Assembly: GCA_963850305.1 (NCBI GenBank)
Contig: CAWKKR010000001.1
Location: 736,001 to 800,000, forward strand
Length of the DNA stretch: 64,000 nucleotides
From: an uncultured delta proteobacterium
GTDB lineage: Bacteria > Myxococcota_A > Polyangia > Polyangiales > Polyangiaceae
Direction of reading: 5' to 3'
Of this stretch, positions 1-10,923 are shown piece by piece. Made by a program: the position numbers and the translations under genes. The notes beneath the pieces are model-generated. The model was given only the letters and a program-made list of their open reading frames with translations, was not told where the DNA came from and did no database searches. The first letter of the stretch is position 1, and the number at the start of each line of letters is the position of its first letter.

Positions 1-807
1 GCCCGCGATCGTGCCTTTCGTCGTGGCGTCACCGACGACGTCGTCCGCGTCGCATCCGTTCGGATCGCCGTCCGTCGCCAGGACGACGACGGTCTTCTCG
101 CCGGGGTGCGCGATCGCCCAGCCCGTCGCATATTGATAGGCGCCCTGCAACGCGGGGTACGTCGGCGTGCCGCCGCCGGGCCCGTGGTTGTTGAGCGAGG
201 TGGTGATGTTCGGACCGACGCCGGGCAAGAGCCCGATCGGCACGTCCGGAGTCGCGTAATCGGACACGGTGCAAGAGCCGCCCGTGTTCGAAAAACAGAT
301 GTTGACGAACGGAATGCACGTGCAGCCGGACTGACCCGACGTGCACGTTCCCCCGCCGGTACTCCCCGTATACGGAAAGTATCCGATGCCCGCGCTCGTG
401 CCTGTGTTCGTAGGGTCCGCGACGAACCCCTCGAGCGAGCCCGACACCGCTTGCCACTTCGACGGACTGCCGTCCGCCATCGAACCGGATTGATCGACCA
501 GAAAATACATGTCGAGCGGCTGGCGTTCGCCTTGATGGATTTCCGTTTCGCACCCCGAGTCGGCGTTGAGGCCACCGCCGCCGCTCGACTCTCCCCCGTT
601 CGAAAAGAGACCGCCACCGAAGCTCGTGTCGCCGCCGCCGCTCGTGGAGCCCGTGCTGCCCGAAGAAGAACCCGATGACGATCCGCTTCCGCCCCCGAGG
701 CCCGTTTGACCCGACGACGGCGAGCACGAAGCCAGCCACGACGCGGAAGCGAGCGCCGCGAGCAGAGCCAGCGGCGCGTACGGTCTTTCGTTGCGAAAGC
801 TATGCAT
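1..807 (-). CDS. vWA-domain lipoprotein (3' end runs off window)
   Basis: Own translation from ATG 807 (GAGGAG RBS upstream): MHSFRNERPYAPLALLAALASASWLASC (lipobox), Gly/Ser linker, then LDMYFLVDQSGSM (DxSxS MIDAS motif). Not in the ORF track because it is open-ended. Confidence 0.8.
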   Translation of the reverse strand, partial: MHSFRNERPYAPLALLAALASASWLASCSPSSGQTGLGGGSGSSSGSSSGSTGSTSGGGDTSFGGGLFSNGGESSGGGGLNADSGCETEIHQGERQPLDMYFLVDQSGSMADGSPSKWQAVSGSLEGFVADPTNTGTSAGIGYFPYTGSTGGGTCTSGQSGCTCIPFVNICFSNTGGSCTVSDYATPDVPIGLLPGVGPNITTSLNNHGPGGGTPTYPALQGAYQYATGWAIAHPGEKTVVVLATDGDPNGCDADDVVGDATTKGTIAG

Positions 808-1182
808 GATTTTGACTCCTCGACGCCTCGAATCACCTTGCCTCGCGCCGGCCAGGTTGCACGACGAAGTCTAGTCGACCAACCAACCGAACGCCTGCGG
901 TATTCCGTTTCGGAGACAAGGCCGTGCAAGTCTCGCCGCCGGGAGCCGTGAAGCCGTCGCCGCCGTCAACCCGCCGGTCCCCGCCGGTCCCCCGCCGTCC
1001 GCGAGCCGTCACGAACGGCGGATTTTGTTGCACTTTGAGAATGTTCGGCGCCGCAGCAGGGGTGCAGACTGCCGCGTGACCGAACGCCGTAGCGATGATT
1101 CCGGGCTCGCGATCGCGGCCATCCTCGCTGTCATCGCGATCGGTGCGCGGCGCACGCGCCGTTGGGGCCAGGGCGCGACGTC

Positions 1183-1770
1183 TCAGCAGAGAACGAGGCA
1201 CGCGTTCCCGTACGCGGATTGGGTGCAGGTCGTACCGTACTGCGTGCAGTAGGCGTCGCTCTGACAGAGCGGCGGAAGCCCGTTGATTGTCGCGCAATAC
1301 GAGATCCCGAACGCGAGCGGCGAACAGACGAGCGTCCCGGGGCATTTCGACGGCGTCCCGCCCGCTCCGCTCATTCCGCCCGCCGATGACGCGCCACCGA
1401 ACACCGAGCCGCCGGCGCCGAAGTCCGCGCCGCCCTGATTGCCCGCGTCGAGCTCGACGCTGTTGAAGCCGCCAGAGCCGAGCTCCGCACCAGCGAACCC
1501 GCCCGCGTTGAGCTGCGAGCCGCCGATCGAGCCATTCGAGCCGCCGGCCCCCGACGTCTCTTCGAACGGTGCCCCGCCGGAGGCATAGTCGAACGTCCCA
1601 CCCGTGGCCGCACCGCCCGCGGCCCCGCCTTGCCCGGCCGAGAAAAGCCCGGAATCCGAACCACCACTGCCGCACGCGATCAGCGTGAACAGCGCGAACG
1701 CCCCGACTACCGGGTTCTTCCAGCGGCAGGCATGAGTACGACGACGACGGTCGGAACGTGACGGACCCAT
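1183..1770 (-). CDS. Gly-rich lipoprotein with small Cys-rich C-terminal domain
   Basis: ALFTLIACGSGG lipobox, Gly/Ala linker, C-terminal Cys cluster; start uncertain. Confidence 0.7.
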   Translation of the reverse strand: MGPSRSDRRRRTHACRWKNPVVGAFALFTLIACGSGGSDSGLFSAGQGGAAGGAATGGTFDYASGGAPFEETSGAGGSNGSIGGSQLNAGGFAGAELGSGGFNSVELDAGNQGGADFGAGGSVFGGASSAGGMSGAGGTPSKCPGTLVCSPLAFGISYCATINGLPPLCQSDAYCTQYGTTCTQSAYGNACLVLC

Positions 1771-1942
1771 CGGATGAACACCGAGGGTAGCAGCGAATGA
1801 TCACGCACGCGGGCCGCCATTCCGAGATCGCTCACACTCGACCCTACAACCGATCCAAGAATCCGACATCGTTCGCGTTCGCGCGATGCGTTCCGCCCGT
1901 CGAGACGCCACCGTCCACGGGGATCACGGCGCGCCCGACTGC

Positions 1943-2304
1943 GCCTTTCCGATACAGCTTCGACTCGGGATCGGTCGAATCAGGCGCGCGTGTCGCGCCT
2001 GCTCGACGACGCGACGGAAGAACTCGCGGGCCACGTCACGCTCCATGATCCGCTCCCGATTCTTCGAGAACGTGCTGTGGTCGAACGGCATGCGCGTCAT
2101 GTCCATGTCGAGAAACCACCGGAAAAGCATGTTGTATCCGAGCTGCTCGCACAGCATCCGCTCGCTCCGAAGCGAGTAGAATGCGATCAGCAGGGCCCCC
2201 TTCAGCAGCGTTTCCGGCGGCACCGAGTCCCTTCCGCTGCTTGCGTACATCTCGTCGAAGCGGCTCGACAGCTTCTTCAGCGTGCCGAAGAAGTACTCCT
2301 GCAT
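1943..2304 (-). pseudogene. IS5-family transposase remnant (DUF772-type N-terminus), internally deleted
   Basis: GRDSVPPETLLKGALLIAFYSLRSERMLCEQLGYNMLFRWFL...FDHSTFSKNRER; in another frame STDPESKLYRKG at 1978-1943; the DDE core is missing. Confidence 0.85.
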
Positions 2305-2326
2305 CGAGTCACTCCGGAGCCCAATT

Positions 2327-2839
2327 ATGGGCGCGATGACCCAAGCCGAGCTGTCGGGGCCCCCGCCCGAGAATCCACGCGCTCGTCTGACCGAGTCCGG
2401 TCAGGGTGCCACCGACGGAGAAGACGTCCGTGAGCCAGTATTCACTGGCGACGCCGGCGCGACCTCCGATGCCGAGACTCCCCCCACCGGCGCGCACTTC
2501 ACGGCCGGCGCGCCCGTGGAGCTCTGGTCCGACTCCGTGGGCACTTGGCTCGGCGCGGAGTGGGCGAAGCTCCCACTCCATTACGACATCGACGTCACCC
2601 AGGGCGGCAAGCTCGTGGGCCGTGCGTCGTGCGACACCGACACGGAGGACGGCACGAGCGTCTGCGGCGTGGAGTCGAACGCCGGCGGGCGGCACCACGG
2701 AGACTGCGAGGTGCACATGATCTGCGACCTACCGAAGCTCGCCCCGGGCGACGTGACGCTCAAGGTGACCGGTCGCATCGCCGACCCCTCTCGCGTGAAG
2801 AGCTTGACGCGCATGTCGCTCAACGTGCGCGAGAAATGA
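2327..2839 (+). CDS. hypothetical protein
   Basis: ORF with globular-looking composition; start uncertain (2282/2327/2336), and the 5' end abuts the IS remnant. Confidence 0.55.
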   Translation: MGAMTQAELSGPPPENPRARLTESGQGATDGEDVREPVFTGDAGATSDAETPPTGAHFTAGAPVELWSDSVGTWLGAEWAKLPLHYDIDVTQGGKLVGRASCDTDTEDGTSVCGVESNAGGRHHGDCEVHMICDLPKLAPGDVTLKVTGRIADPSRVKSLTRMSLNVREK

Positions 2840-2856
2840 TGCGCTTCTACTAGGAA

Positions 2857-2922
2857 GGGGGGCGTTGCCCGCCCCCCGGGGCTTGCTACGCAACCCCTCC
2901 CCCCGGTACTCGCTGCGCTCGG
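2857..2922. repeat. REP-like palindromic dispersed repeat (partial copy)
   Basis: GGGGGGCGTTGCCCGCCCCCCGGGGCTTGCTACGCAACCCCTCCCCCCGGTACTCGCTGCGCTCGG closely matches the core of the repeats at 56107-56341. Confidence 0.8.
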
Positions 2923-3046
2923 TAGCTCCGCACCTCTTCAATCCCTCGGGGACGACGGCGTCGTCGATGCGGAACTACTGAAAACAGCCAGGCGGCGGGG
3001 GAGCGGTCGCGAAACCGCGGGGGCAAGGCTGGCAACGCCCCCTTTA

Positions 3047-3458
3047 CTAGGGCCGAGGGGGCTCGGAGATCCGCGGCGCGCGGTCGACACCGCGTGCTCT
3101 TCGGGCATTCATCGTCTGTGACAGCACGTAGCCGAACGCTGCCGCGAGGAGCATGAGGAGGACCACACGTACCACTCCACCGCGCGGCGGCGGCTGGCGA
3201 ACCCGGACGATTCGAGTTTTTCCGGTGGCCTCGTGAGAAGGTCCCGGCGCTTCACCTGCCATCTGAACGCCCGTGGCCAAGGGAGGGATGGCGCAGGTCT
3301 GGGCGGCGCGCCTCCAGGGCCGGCGGCCGAATCAGCGCCCCGACCACGACCGTGATCTCGTCGATCTCGTGGAGCCGTTCAAGTCCTCTACGTACCGGAT
3401 TCCTGGGCGGTCCTGCGGCGGAGGAGCCGAGTAGCCACGATAGGGGCCGCCGGTTCAC
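3047..3458 (-). CDS. small membrane-anchored hypothetical protein (probably one frameshifted gene)
   Basis: ORF 3252-3458 overlaps ORF 3047-3280; the latter has one TM segment (VVRVVLLMLLAAAFGYVLS); start overlaps the upstream gene's stop. Confidence 0.4.
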
Positions 3459-6400
3459 GGGTACGGCGGATAGTCCGCACGCACGTTCGCGCAGGTAGCG
3501 GCGTTGCTCATCTTCTCGGCCTGGAACGTGGCGCCCTTCGCGGCGCCGGCGCTCGGGAGGACGTAAACCGGGCGATTGTTATCGACGAAGGTCGATTGGA
3601 AGGCGTTGCACGACAGGCCCGTGCCCGCGACTTCGCAGCCGAGAACGTGGTCGTCTTCCTGCGACACGGTCGCCGACCCCGAAAGGTGCGTGCAGTCCGT
3701 GAGCGTTCCGCTCAACGCCGCCGTCTGCCTGAGCGCCATGTCGACGTAGTCCGCTGGAGTGCCCCCAAAGGCGGCGGTAGTGGGCACGTTCGTTGCGGCG
3801 GTGACGCCAGGCATACCGTCGCCGTCCTGGTCGACCTCGGTCACTCCGGCCGCATTCAGCGGGCCACGCTCCGGTCGCAGGAGCACGTCATCCCGATGAG
3901 CGACGTGAACGCAGCGTTGGTCTTGTACGTCGCGCCCGCCTTCAAGGTCGAGAAGGTCGTGGCCACCGCGGACGCCGACAGGTAGTCGCTGTCGAAGAGC
4001 GTCGTCGGGAACGTGATGAAGTAGGTCGTCGTGCCGGCCGCGCTGGCCGTGCTCGTGAAGGTTGGGAACGAGATGCCGCACGGCAGCACCGTGGTGGCGG
4101 TACCGGACGCCGTCGAGGTGACGAGCGACCAGACCTGGACGTTCCCGGCCCCTTCGCCAGGTTGAGCGTTCCCGGCCCACGTCACCGGCACGGTGAGAAG
4201 CATCGCCCACGAACCGTCGACGTCGCACTGGTTCTGGCAGTTCGCATCGCACGTCGGCGTGTTCGGCGGCTCGCACTGCTCGCCGGTTTCGACCACGCCG
4301 TCACCGCACGCGACGACGCAGGATCCGCTCTGACAGACCTTCCCTACGCCGCACGTGACCTCGTTCTGGGTCGGGTCCGCGACGGCCTGGCAAAGGTGAC
4401 CGCTCGTGCACGTCTCCATCTGGCAAGCTGGAGCCGCGCTGCAATCGGTTGCTGGATCCGCGCACGTGAGAGGTGCAGTCGTTGTTGCAACCGTCGCCGT
4501 TCACCTGGTTGCCGTCGTCGCATTGCTCGCCCGGATCGACGATGCCGTTGCCGCAGGCGATGATGCAGGCCCCCGCGCTGCAAACTTTGCCCGACGCGCA
4601 CGGCTGGTCGTTTTGCGTCGCGTCCACCGCGTTCTGGCAGACGTGGCCGGCGGAGCACTGCGCGACGTAGCAGACGGGGGCCGCGGTGCAATCGGTCGAG
4701 GGGTTCGCGCAGCTGTACTGGCAGTTGTTGTTGCAGCCGTCGCCGTTCACCTTGTTGCCGTCGTCGCACAGCTCGCCGTCGGCCGCGTCCACCAGGCCGT
4801 TGCCGCAGGAGTTGATGCAAGCGCCTGCCGAGACAGACGAGTCCGCTGCCGCAGGCGTGGTCATTCTGGCTCGAATCGGGGGAGGACTGGCAGATGTGCG
4901 ACGCGCTGCAACTCTCCGTCTCGCACGGGACCGGGGTGCAATCCGTCGCCGGGGTGGTGCAGCTGTACTGGCAGTTGTTGTTGCAGCCGTCGCCGTTCAC
5001 CTTGTTGCCGTCGTCGCAGACCTCGCCCGGATCGACGTGACCGTTGCCGCACGAGTTCCCGCAGGCGCCGTTGGTGCAGACCTCCGAGGAGCCGCACGAG
5101 TTCCCGTTCTGGCTCGAGTCGGCGACTGACTGGCACAGGTGGGTCGTCGCGCTGCAAGACCACTTGTCGCAGGTGCCGGCGTTGCCGGAGCAATCCGTCG
5201 CGGGAGTCGAGCAAGTGAACACGCAGTTGTGCTGGCAGCCGTCGCCGTCGGTAGTATTTCCGTCGTCGCACTGCTCGCCCGCGTCGAGGATGCCGTTGCC
5301 GCATGCGTTCACGCAGGAGCCGGTGGCGTTGCACGTCAGTCCGCTACCGCAACTCTTGTCGTTCGCCGACGGATCCGCGACGGCCTGACACACGTGGCTA
5401 TTGGCGTTGCACGCCCACTTGTCGCAGTCGGGCGTCGTGCCGTTGCAATCGGTTGCGGGGTTGGTGCAGCTGTACAGGCAGTCGTTGTTGCAGCCATCGC
5501 CGTTCGTCTGGTTGCCGTCGTCGCACTGCTCGCCATCGGCCGCGTCCACGATGCCGTTGCCGCATGCGTTCGCGCACGCTCCCGACGAGCACACCTTCTT
5601 CGTGCCGCAAGACGTGTCGTCCTTCGACGTGTCGGCGACGCTGCTGCAAACGTGGGCGAGCGAGCACGTCTCCTTCTGGCACGCGGGGGGCACGGAGCAA
5701 TCCGTGGCCGGCGTCACGCAGCTGTAGGCGCAGTCGTTGTCGCAGCCGTCGCCGTTCACCTGGTTCCCGTCGTCACAGGTTTCGGTCGGTTCGACCACCC
5801 CGTTGCCGCAAACCGCGGCCGTGCACGTGCCGGTCTTGCAATAGGAGTGAGCGCCGCACAGCGTGTCGTCGGGCTTCGCCGTCGGTGTCGGAGCAGACGT
5901 GCGTGCCGTCGTTGCACGTGGTCGGCGTTTCGCACGGCGTCTGCAGCGCCGTGCAGTCGCGAGTCGAGTCGGTCGAGACGCACGAGAATCTGCAGTTGTT
6001 GTCGCAGCCGTCGCCGTTCACGAGGTTGCCGTCGTCGCATTCTTCGGGAGCCACCGTGATGCCGTCGCCGCACGACGACAGGGTACAGAGTCCGCTCTTG
6101 CAGACGCTTCCCGTCCCGCACGGCGTTCCATCCGTGAGATTCGTGCCGGGCACGCACGTGTGACCCGAGCCGCACGTCTCGACGCCGTCGCACGGCAGAA
6201 GGTCGTTGCACAGAGCGTCGCCGGTTCCGGGCAAGCAGAACCAGTGACAGGTCTTCGTGCACCCGGTCGTGCCCTGCACGGCAGGATCGCAATCCTCGCC
6301 TGGATCGACGACTCCGTTGCCGCACTTCTTGCCGGCATCGGCGGCGTCCGTTTCGCCGCCGGCGTCAGACGGCCGGCTGGCATCCGGGCCCGTAGCCACG

Positions 6401-6767
6401 CCGCCCGTGCCTGCAGTCGCGGCATCGGCGGGGGACGCGTCCTTTGCGAGCCGGCGTCGCTTCCTTGGTTGATCCCGCCGGTGCCCGTTGCTCGCGCATC
6501 CGTTTGCGCGTCCGTCAGCGAACCCCCGTTCGTGCCACCGCCGGCGATCGTTCCGCCAGTGTTTCCGGAACCGGCACTGGCGGGCGCGCCGCCGCCCGCT
6601 TGTCCGTTCTCACCGCCCGTCGCGAGCGAGCCCCCGAACGCACCCGTGTTGCTCGATCCGCCGGTGCCGTCGTTGAAGAGATTCGCGGCCGAGCCGCCAG
6701 AACACCCGCTCAACGCCAGCAAGGCACCGCCGGCAACCGGCAGCCACAAGAACTCCATCCTGCGCAT
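3455..6767 (-). CDS. large lipoprotein with ~9 Myxococcus Cys-rich (DUF4215-type) repeats, split by ~5 frameshifts
   Basis: ATG 6767 after AAGGAG; MRRMEFLWLPVAGGALLALSGC lipobox; repeats CG[ND]GxxxxxExCDDGNxxNGDGC spread over ORFs 5773-6399, 4344-5798, 4301-4864, 3856-4419; C-terminus in 3455-4276. Confidence 0.85.
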
Positions 6768-6917
6768 CGAGCGACTCCTTGCCTGACGGAAGCTGAAAGA
6801 ATCCGGAAAGGCGATCGTACGCATATCCGCGGTGGCGAAGAAGATGGGAAGGGCAGCTCACGTCACCGGGAGCAGGTCCATTTCCAGACATGTAGGCGTC
6901 GCGAGGGCGCGACGTGA

Positions 6918-7045
6918 TCCTCTTCAGAGCGTCGCCGGATTCGGGACGCTCGGGCAGATCGGCGGTTCACTCAATATCTACAACAACGCGGCGCTCGCCC
7001 AGTTCGACGGCATCGACAAGCTCACGGCAATCGGGCTGAACCTGG
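6918..7045 (+). pseudogene. receptor-L/leucine-rich-repeat-like gene fragment
   Basis: LQSVAGFGTLGQIGGSLNIYNNAALAQFDGIDKLTAIG; no convincing start or full gene. Confidence 0.5.
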
Positions 7046-7060
7046 TGCCGTCCCCGTCCC

Positions 7061-7290
7061 GGCAACACGGGGCAACACGGGGCACGAAGAGCCCGCGTCA
7101 CCTACATTGACCTACACGCCCAAAAACTCAGGCTTATAAGGTTGGACGGTCAAGGGGCAATCGGGGGCGATCGAGAGCCTCTACGGCGCCGTTCGACATC
7201 GAAACACAAGGTAATGTGCGTGGGTTAAACGTGGCTCATGGTATGGCTCAAGTAAGGTAATGAGCGTGGGTTTTCATGGGTTTTCACCAG
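7061..7290. repeat. cluster of different short direct-repeat doublets
   Basis: GGCAACACGG x2, ACCTACA x2, GGGGCRATCG x2, AAGGTAATGWGCGTGGGTT x2, TGGCTCA x2, TGGGTTTTCA x2. Confidence 0.7.
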
Positions 7291-7391
7291 GAATTATCCA
7301 CGAAGCCTCATGAAGCGACCACTCTTGCCGCCTCGCCCAGGCACCTTCCCTTGGCGCGCATGTCATACATGCGGCGTGGGTCGCGGCCGCG

Positions 7392-8663
7392 TCAGGAGAG
7401 CGACTCGAGCTCGCGGTTCGTCGTCTCGGGGAAGAGGAACACCACAACGGCGCCGAGCGCCGTGACGCTCGCGACCCAGGGGATCGTCCGGGCGAGTTCG
7501 CCCGGGCTCTGGATTACCCAGCCGAGGACGAAGAGCCCGAGCGCGGCGCCGACGACGTCGAGGACTGCAAAGAGACCGGAGGCCGCGCCGCGGGAGCGAG
7601 TCGGAAACAGCTCGGTGGCCTGAGCGCGAAGAATGGCTCGGCCGCCCTGCGACGAGAACACGCACGCGGTCCAGGCGAGCGGCAGTGCCGCGCCCTCGCC
7701 ACGGTAGAAGATCGTCGCGAAGAGCGGGAACGACGCGAGCTGCGCCGCACCGACAATCCTCCGACCGAAGCGATCCGCGAGCCTTCCGGAGACAAGGTTT
7801 CCGATCACGCCCGCACCCCCCGACGCGACGACGAGGGCGGCGTACTTCTGCGGCGACCAGCCATGGACGGTCTGGGTGAAATACCCCGTGAACTGGAACG
7901 TCCCGATGATCCCGAACGACGGGAGGAGACCGCCGAGCGCGATCCCGACCGCGCGCAAAGGTCGCTCCTCTCCTAGCGCGCGGAGCGGCCGAAGCACGGA
8001 CCCGAGGCCGGCGAGCGGCGCGCCCGCGATCGATCGCGCGTGCTCTTCGAACCGGTGTGTCTCGGTCATGCGCTTCGAGAGGCCCGGATAAAGCAGCACG
8101 GCCGTCAAACCGACGGCATAGAGAAACCGCCACCCGAACGGGAGGTGGTCGACGAGCGCGAACAACACTGCCGAGAAGCCGTACCCGGTGATCGACAGCG
8201 CCCCGAGAAGTCCGATGCCGAAGCCACGATGCGCGGCGGGGAACTCTTCGGCGACGATGACGAAGCCGACCGCCGAACCCGTCACGAAGAATGTCCGGGA
8301 GAGCATCTGCGCCACGACGAACTCCGTCTCGGTACGGCAGAATGCCGAAGCGAACGTGAAGAGTCCGATGGCGACGACGGAAGCTAGGAAGACCCATCGT
8401 CGCCCGACCCTGTCCGCGAACGGAAGGAACGCGAGCGCCGGGAGGGCGCCGAGCCGGATGGTGCCGAGCACGCCGGGCAGTGCCGTCTCCCGGATGTCCA
8501 GGTCAGCGGAGATGTGCTTCAGCGCCGACGTGAGCGTCGCGACGTCGTACTCCTCGAAAAAGGAGGCGAGCGCGACCGCGAGGAGCAGCGCCAGGTGCGA
8601 GTCGAGAACGCCGTCCGGCACGCGCACCGCGGCCCGAAAAGGACGGAAGCCGGCACGTTCCAC
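7392..8663 (-). CDS. MFS transporter
   Basis: ~12 hydrophobic segments; motif A twice (ADRVGRR, GRLADRFGRR); ELFPTRSRG; FPET. Confidence 0.9.
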   Translation of the reverse strand: MERAGFRPFRAAVRVPDGVLDSHLALLLAVALASFFEEYDVATLTSALKHISADLDIRETALPGVLGTIRLGALPALAFLPFADRVGRRWVFLASVVAIGLFTFASAFCRTETEFVVAQMLSRTFFVTGSAVGFVIVAEEFPAAHRGFGIGLLGALSITGYGFSAVLFALVDHLPFGWRFLYAVGLTAVLLYPGLSKRMTETHRFEEHARSIAGAPLAGLGSVLRPLRALGEERPLRAVGIALGGLLPSFGIIGTFQFTGYFTQTVHGWSPQKYAALVVASGGAGVIGNLVSGRLADRFGRRIVGAAQLASFPLFATIFYRGEGAALPLAWTACVFSSQGGRAILRAQATELFPTRSRGAASGLFAVLDVVGAALGLFVLGWVIQSPGELARTIPWVASVTALGAVVVFLFPETTNRELESLS

Positions 8664-8772
8664 TTCGTCCAGGGTACTCGAGCCAAGGGTCCAGACGCGT
8701 GACGTAGCCGATGGAGCCGTGCAGCGTCACGCCGTCGTAGTGCCCGACGAAGCCGGCTAGACTCCGTGTTCG

Positions 8773-9849
8773 ATGGCGATGTCCCTCCACCGGCAGCGGG
8801 ATACACGGGTTCCGTGGCTCCTCCTCGTTGCTGCCTGCTCGGCGGCGGCGACAGGGGCCTGCGGGCGCATCGGCTACGAGTTCGTCCCCGGCGCGACGGG
8901 CAACGGCCCGGGCGGTCCCACCGGTGCCGGCGGTCTCGTGGGGGGCGCGGGCGCGGGAGATTCCGGGCGAGACGCATCGGCGAGCGACGCTGCCGGGTCG
9001 GGTGGAGCATGGAAGGACGCGGGAGACGGCGGGAGCACGGCCGGGGCCGGGGGAGCGGGAGACGCCGCGTCGGACAGCGGAGGCCCCGGTGTCGAAGGGG
9101 GGCTCGGCGACTCCGGCAGCGGCGCTCAGGATGCGGGGCCGCCGCCGTGCATCCTGTCGCCGCAGGATCTCCCGGACTGGTGCCAGCAGATCCCCGAGCT
9201 CGCCGCGCCACCGGTGATCGACGGCGCGCTCGAGTGCCCGCTCGCGCTCCGGCCGATCACCCCGCTCGGCTGGACTGCAGGCGGTTCTGCCGATGTCACG
9301 GTGGAGTATGCCATCGCATGGGCGGCGAGCGGGCTCTACTTCTTCGTCCGGGTTCACGATCCCGCCGTGGTGCCGGCGGCGCCGACGGAGTTCGTTTGGG
9401 AAGGAGATGCCGTGGAGCTCTTCGTGGACAACGACGGCGCGTACACGCAGGCGCCGGCCTTCGACGCCGAGGGGACGCGCCAGCTCATCGTCGCGGCGCC
9501 GGATCCGGCGGCGAGCGGTCCGTCGACGCGCGGAGTGATCTACCTCCAAGGAGGTGGCGCCAGCGTCCCCTGGACGTCGAGCACGTTCGCGAGCTTCCTC
9601 GAGCCGGACGGGTACGCGGTGGAGGCCTTGGTCGTCGCCGCCGACCTGGGGCTTGCGACATGGAGCCTTGCCGCGCAGGCCAGGGTCGGCTTCGACGTGG
9701 GCGTCGACGTGTCGTTCCCCACGGCAGCGCAGACGGGTCCCGAAGGTCACCGCATGGGCCAGTTCTTCCTGTCGCTCGCGCCCGCGGCCCCTCTCGAGCC
9801 CTACCAGAACGTGGGCGCATTCTGCGATCCCACGCTGGTCGCACGCTGA
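8773..9849 (+). CDS. lipoprotein with CBM9/DOMON-like sugar-binding domain
   Basis: lipobox GAC, Gly/Asp linker, PPVIDG, W..SGLYFFVRVHD, WEGDAVELFVD, GYAVEA, VGFDVGVD. Confidence 0.75.
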   Translation: MAMSLHRQRDTRVPWLLLVAACSAAATGACGRIGYEFVPGATGNGPGGPTGAGGLVGGAGAGDSGRDASASDAAGSGGAWKDAGDGGSTAGAGGAGDAASDSGGPGVEGGLGDSGSGAQDAGPPPCILSPQDLPDWCQQIPELAAPPVIDGALECPLALRPITPLGWTAGGSADVTVEYAIAWAASGLYFFVRVHDPAVVPAAPTEFVWEGDAVELFVDNDGAYTQAPAFDAEGTRQLIVAAPDPAASGPSTRGVIYLQGGGASVPWTSSTFASFLEPDGYAVEALVVAADLGLATWSLAAQARVGFDVGVDVSFPTAAQTGPEGHRMGQFFLSLAPAAPLEPYQNVGAFCDPTLVAR

Positions 9850-10211
9850 AGGTCGCGTGCCTCCAACGGCATTGGATGGCGGTTTCGTCGTTCTCCTCGG
9901 CGTGACATTCTTCGTGTGGCGGGGCTGCAGCTCTGGCGGGGCGAACGACGAGGGATGGAGCGACACGGCGGGAATGTGGTGAAAACGTCGGAGGGCTCCA
10001 GCAGCTTCACGAGCACGGCCTTCTGCGGGGGGTCGACGCCGTTCGCGTTGTTGGCCCATACGACCCGCGGAGATCCGGGTGCTCGCACGGTGCCGTGCGG
10101 CAATGAGCGAGAAACAAGCCGGAATCAAGGGCTCTGACAGAGTCAGAGGGCTATGGGCGCCTCCGATGGCTCGGTGAATCCGTGAACGGCCCAGTCTCGC
10201 GCCGTCCGACG

Positions 10212-10923
10212 ATGCCCGATACCGTGAGAGCGTTCGCGGACGCCATGCCCGACACGTACCGACGGCGGCACGCGGCTTCCGAGATCGAAGCACACTCCGC
10301 GATCGTCGGGCGTCGCGGTGGAGCGCTGGTGCACGTCGAGTCATGTCCGGGCCCCGCCGAAGGGGGGAACAGGACGTGGCTTTGCGTCGTTACCGACGAC
10401 AAGCCCCGGACTCCTGTCCTTGCTATCCGCCGCGCTCGCCGCCCAATCGCTGGACGTGCTCGCTGCCCGCATCTACGGTCGTCGCCGTCCGGGCAGGTCC
10501 GAAGAAGCTGTCGATCTCTTTCTCGTGCGGCGCCTGCGCACGTGCCACAACGCTCCGATCGACGCGAAGGAACTCGTCGCGATCCAGGGTTCGATGGCAG
10601 GGCTTCTACGCGGCGAGGTGCCGATCCCTCGCATCGAACGGCACCCCCCGAACACCTCGCGTCCGGCTCGGACGGCAGTATATTTCCGCGACGACGACCC
10701 CGAGCTACTTCTCGTCGAGACGCCGGACCGCCCAGGCATCCTCCTCGCAATCACGCTCGCGATCTTCCGCGAGCGGTTCAGCATCGCGCACTCGAACATC
10801 GCGACGTTCGCCGGCACCGCCTGCGACGAGTTCCGCCTCCGCGAGCTTGACGGTTCACGTCTGACCGACGGCCGGAAAACCGCTGTCGTCGAGAAGATCC
10901 GCGCCGCGCTGACTGAGCATTGA
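10212..10923 (+). CDS. stand-alone tandem ACT-domain protein (GlnD C-terminus-like), one frameshift ~10410
   Basis: LCVVTDDKP|GLLSLLSAALAAQSLDVLAARIY and LLVETPDRPGILLAITLAIFRERFSIAHSNIATF..DEF. Confidence 0.75.

Noticed and set aside
971..1000. CCGCCGGTCC short tandem repeat
   Set aside because: Short and nearly all G/C, so plausible by chance; no supporting context
7294..7302. DnaA box-like TTATCCACG suggesting an origin
   Set aside because: Single imperfect box, with no dnaA or rep gene nearby
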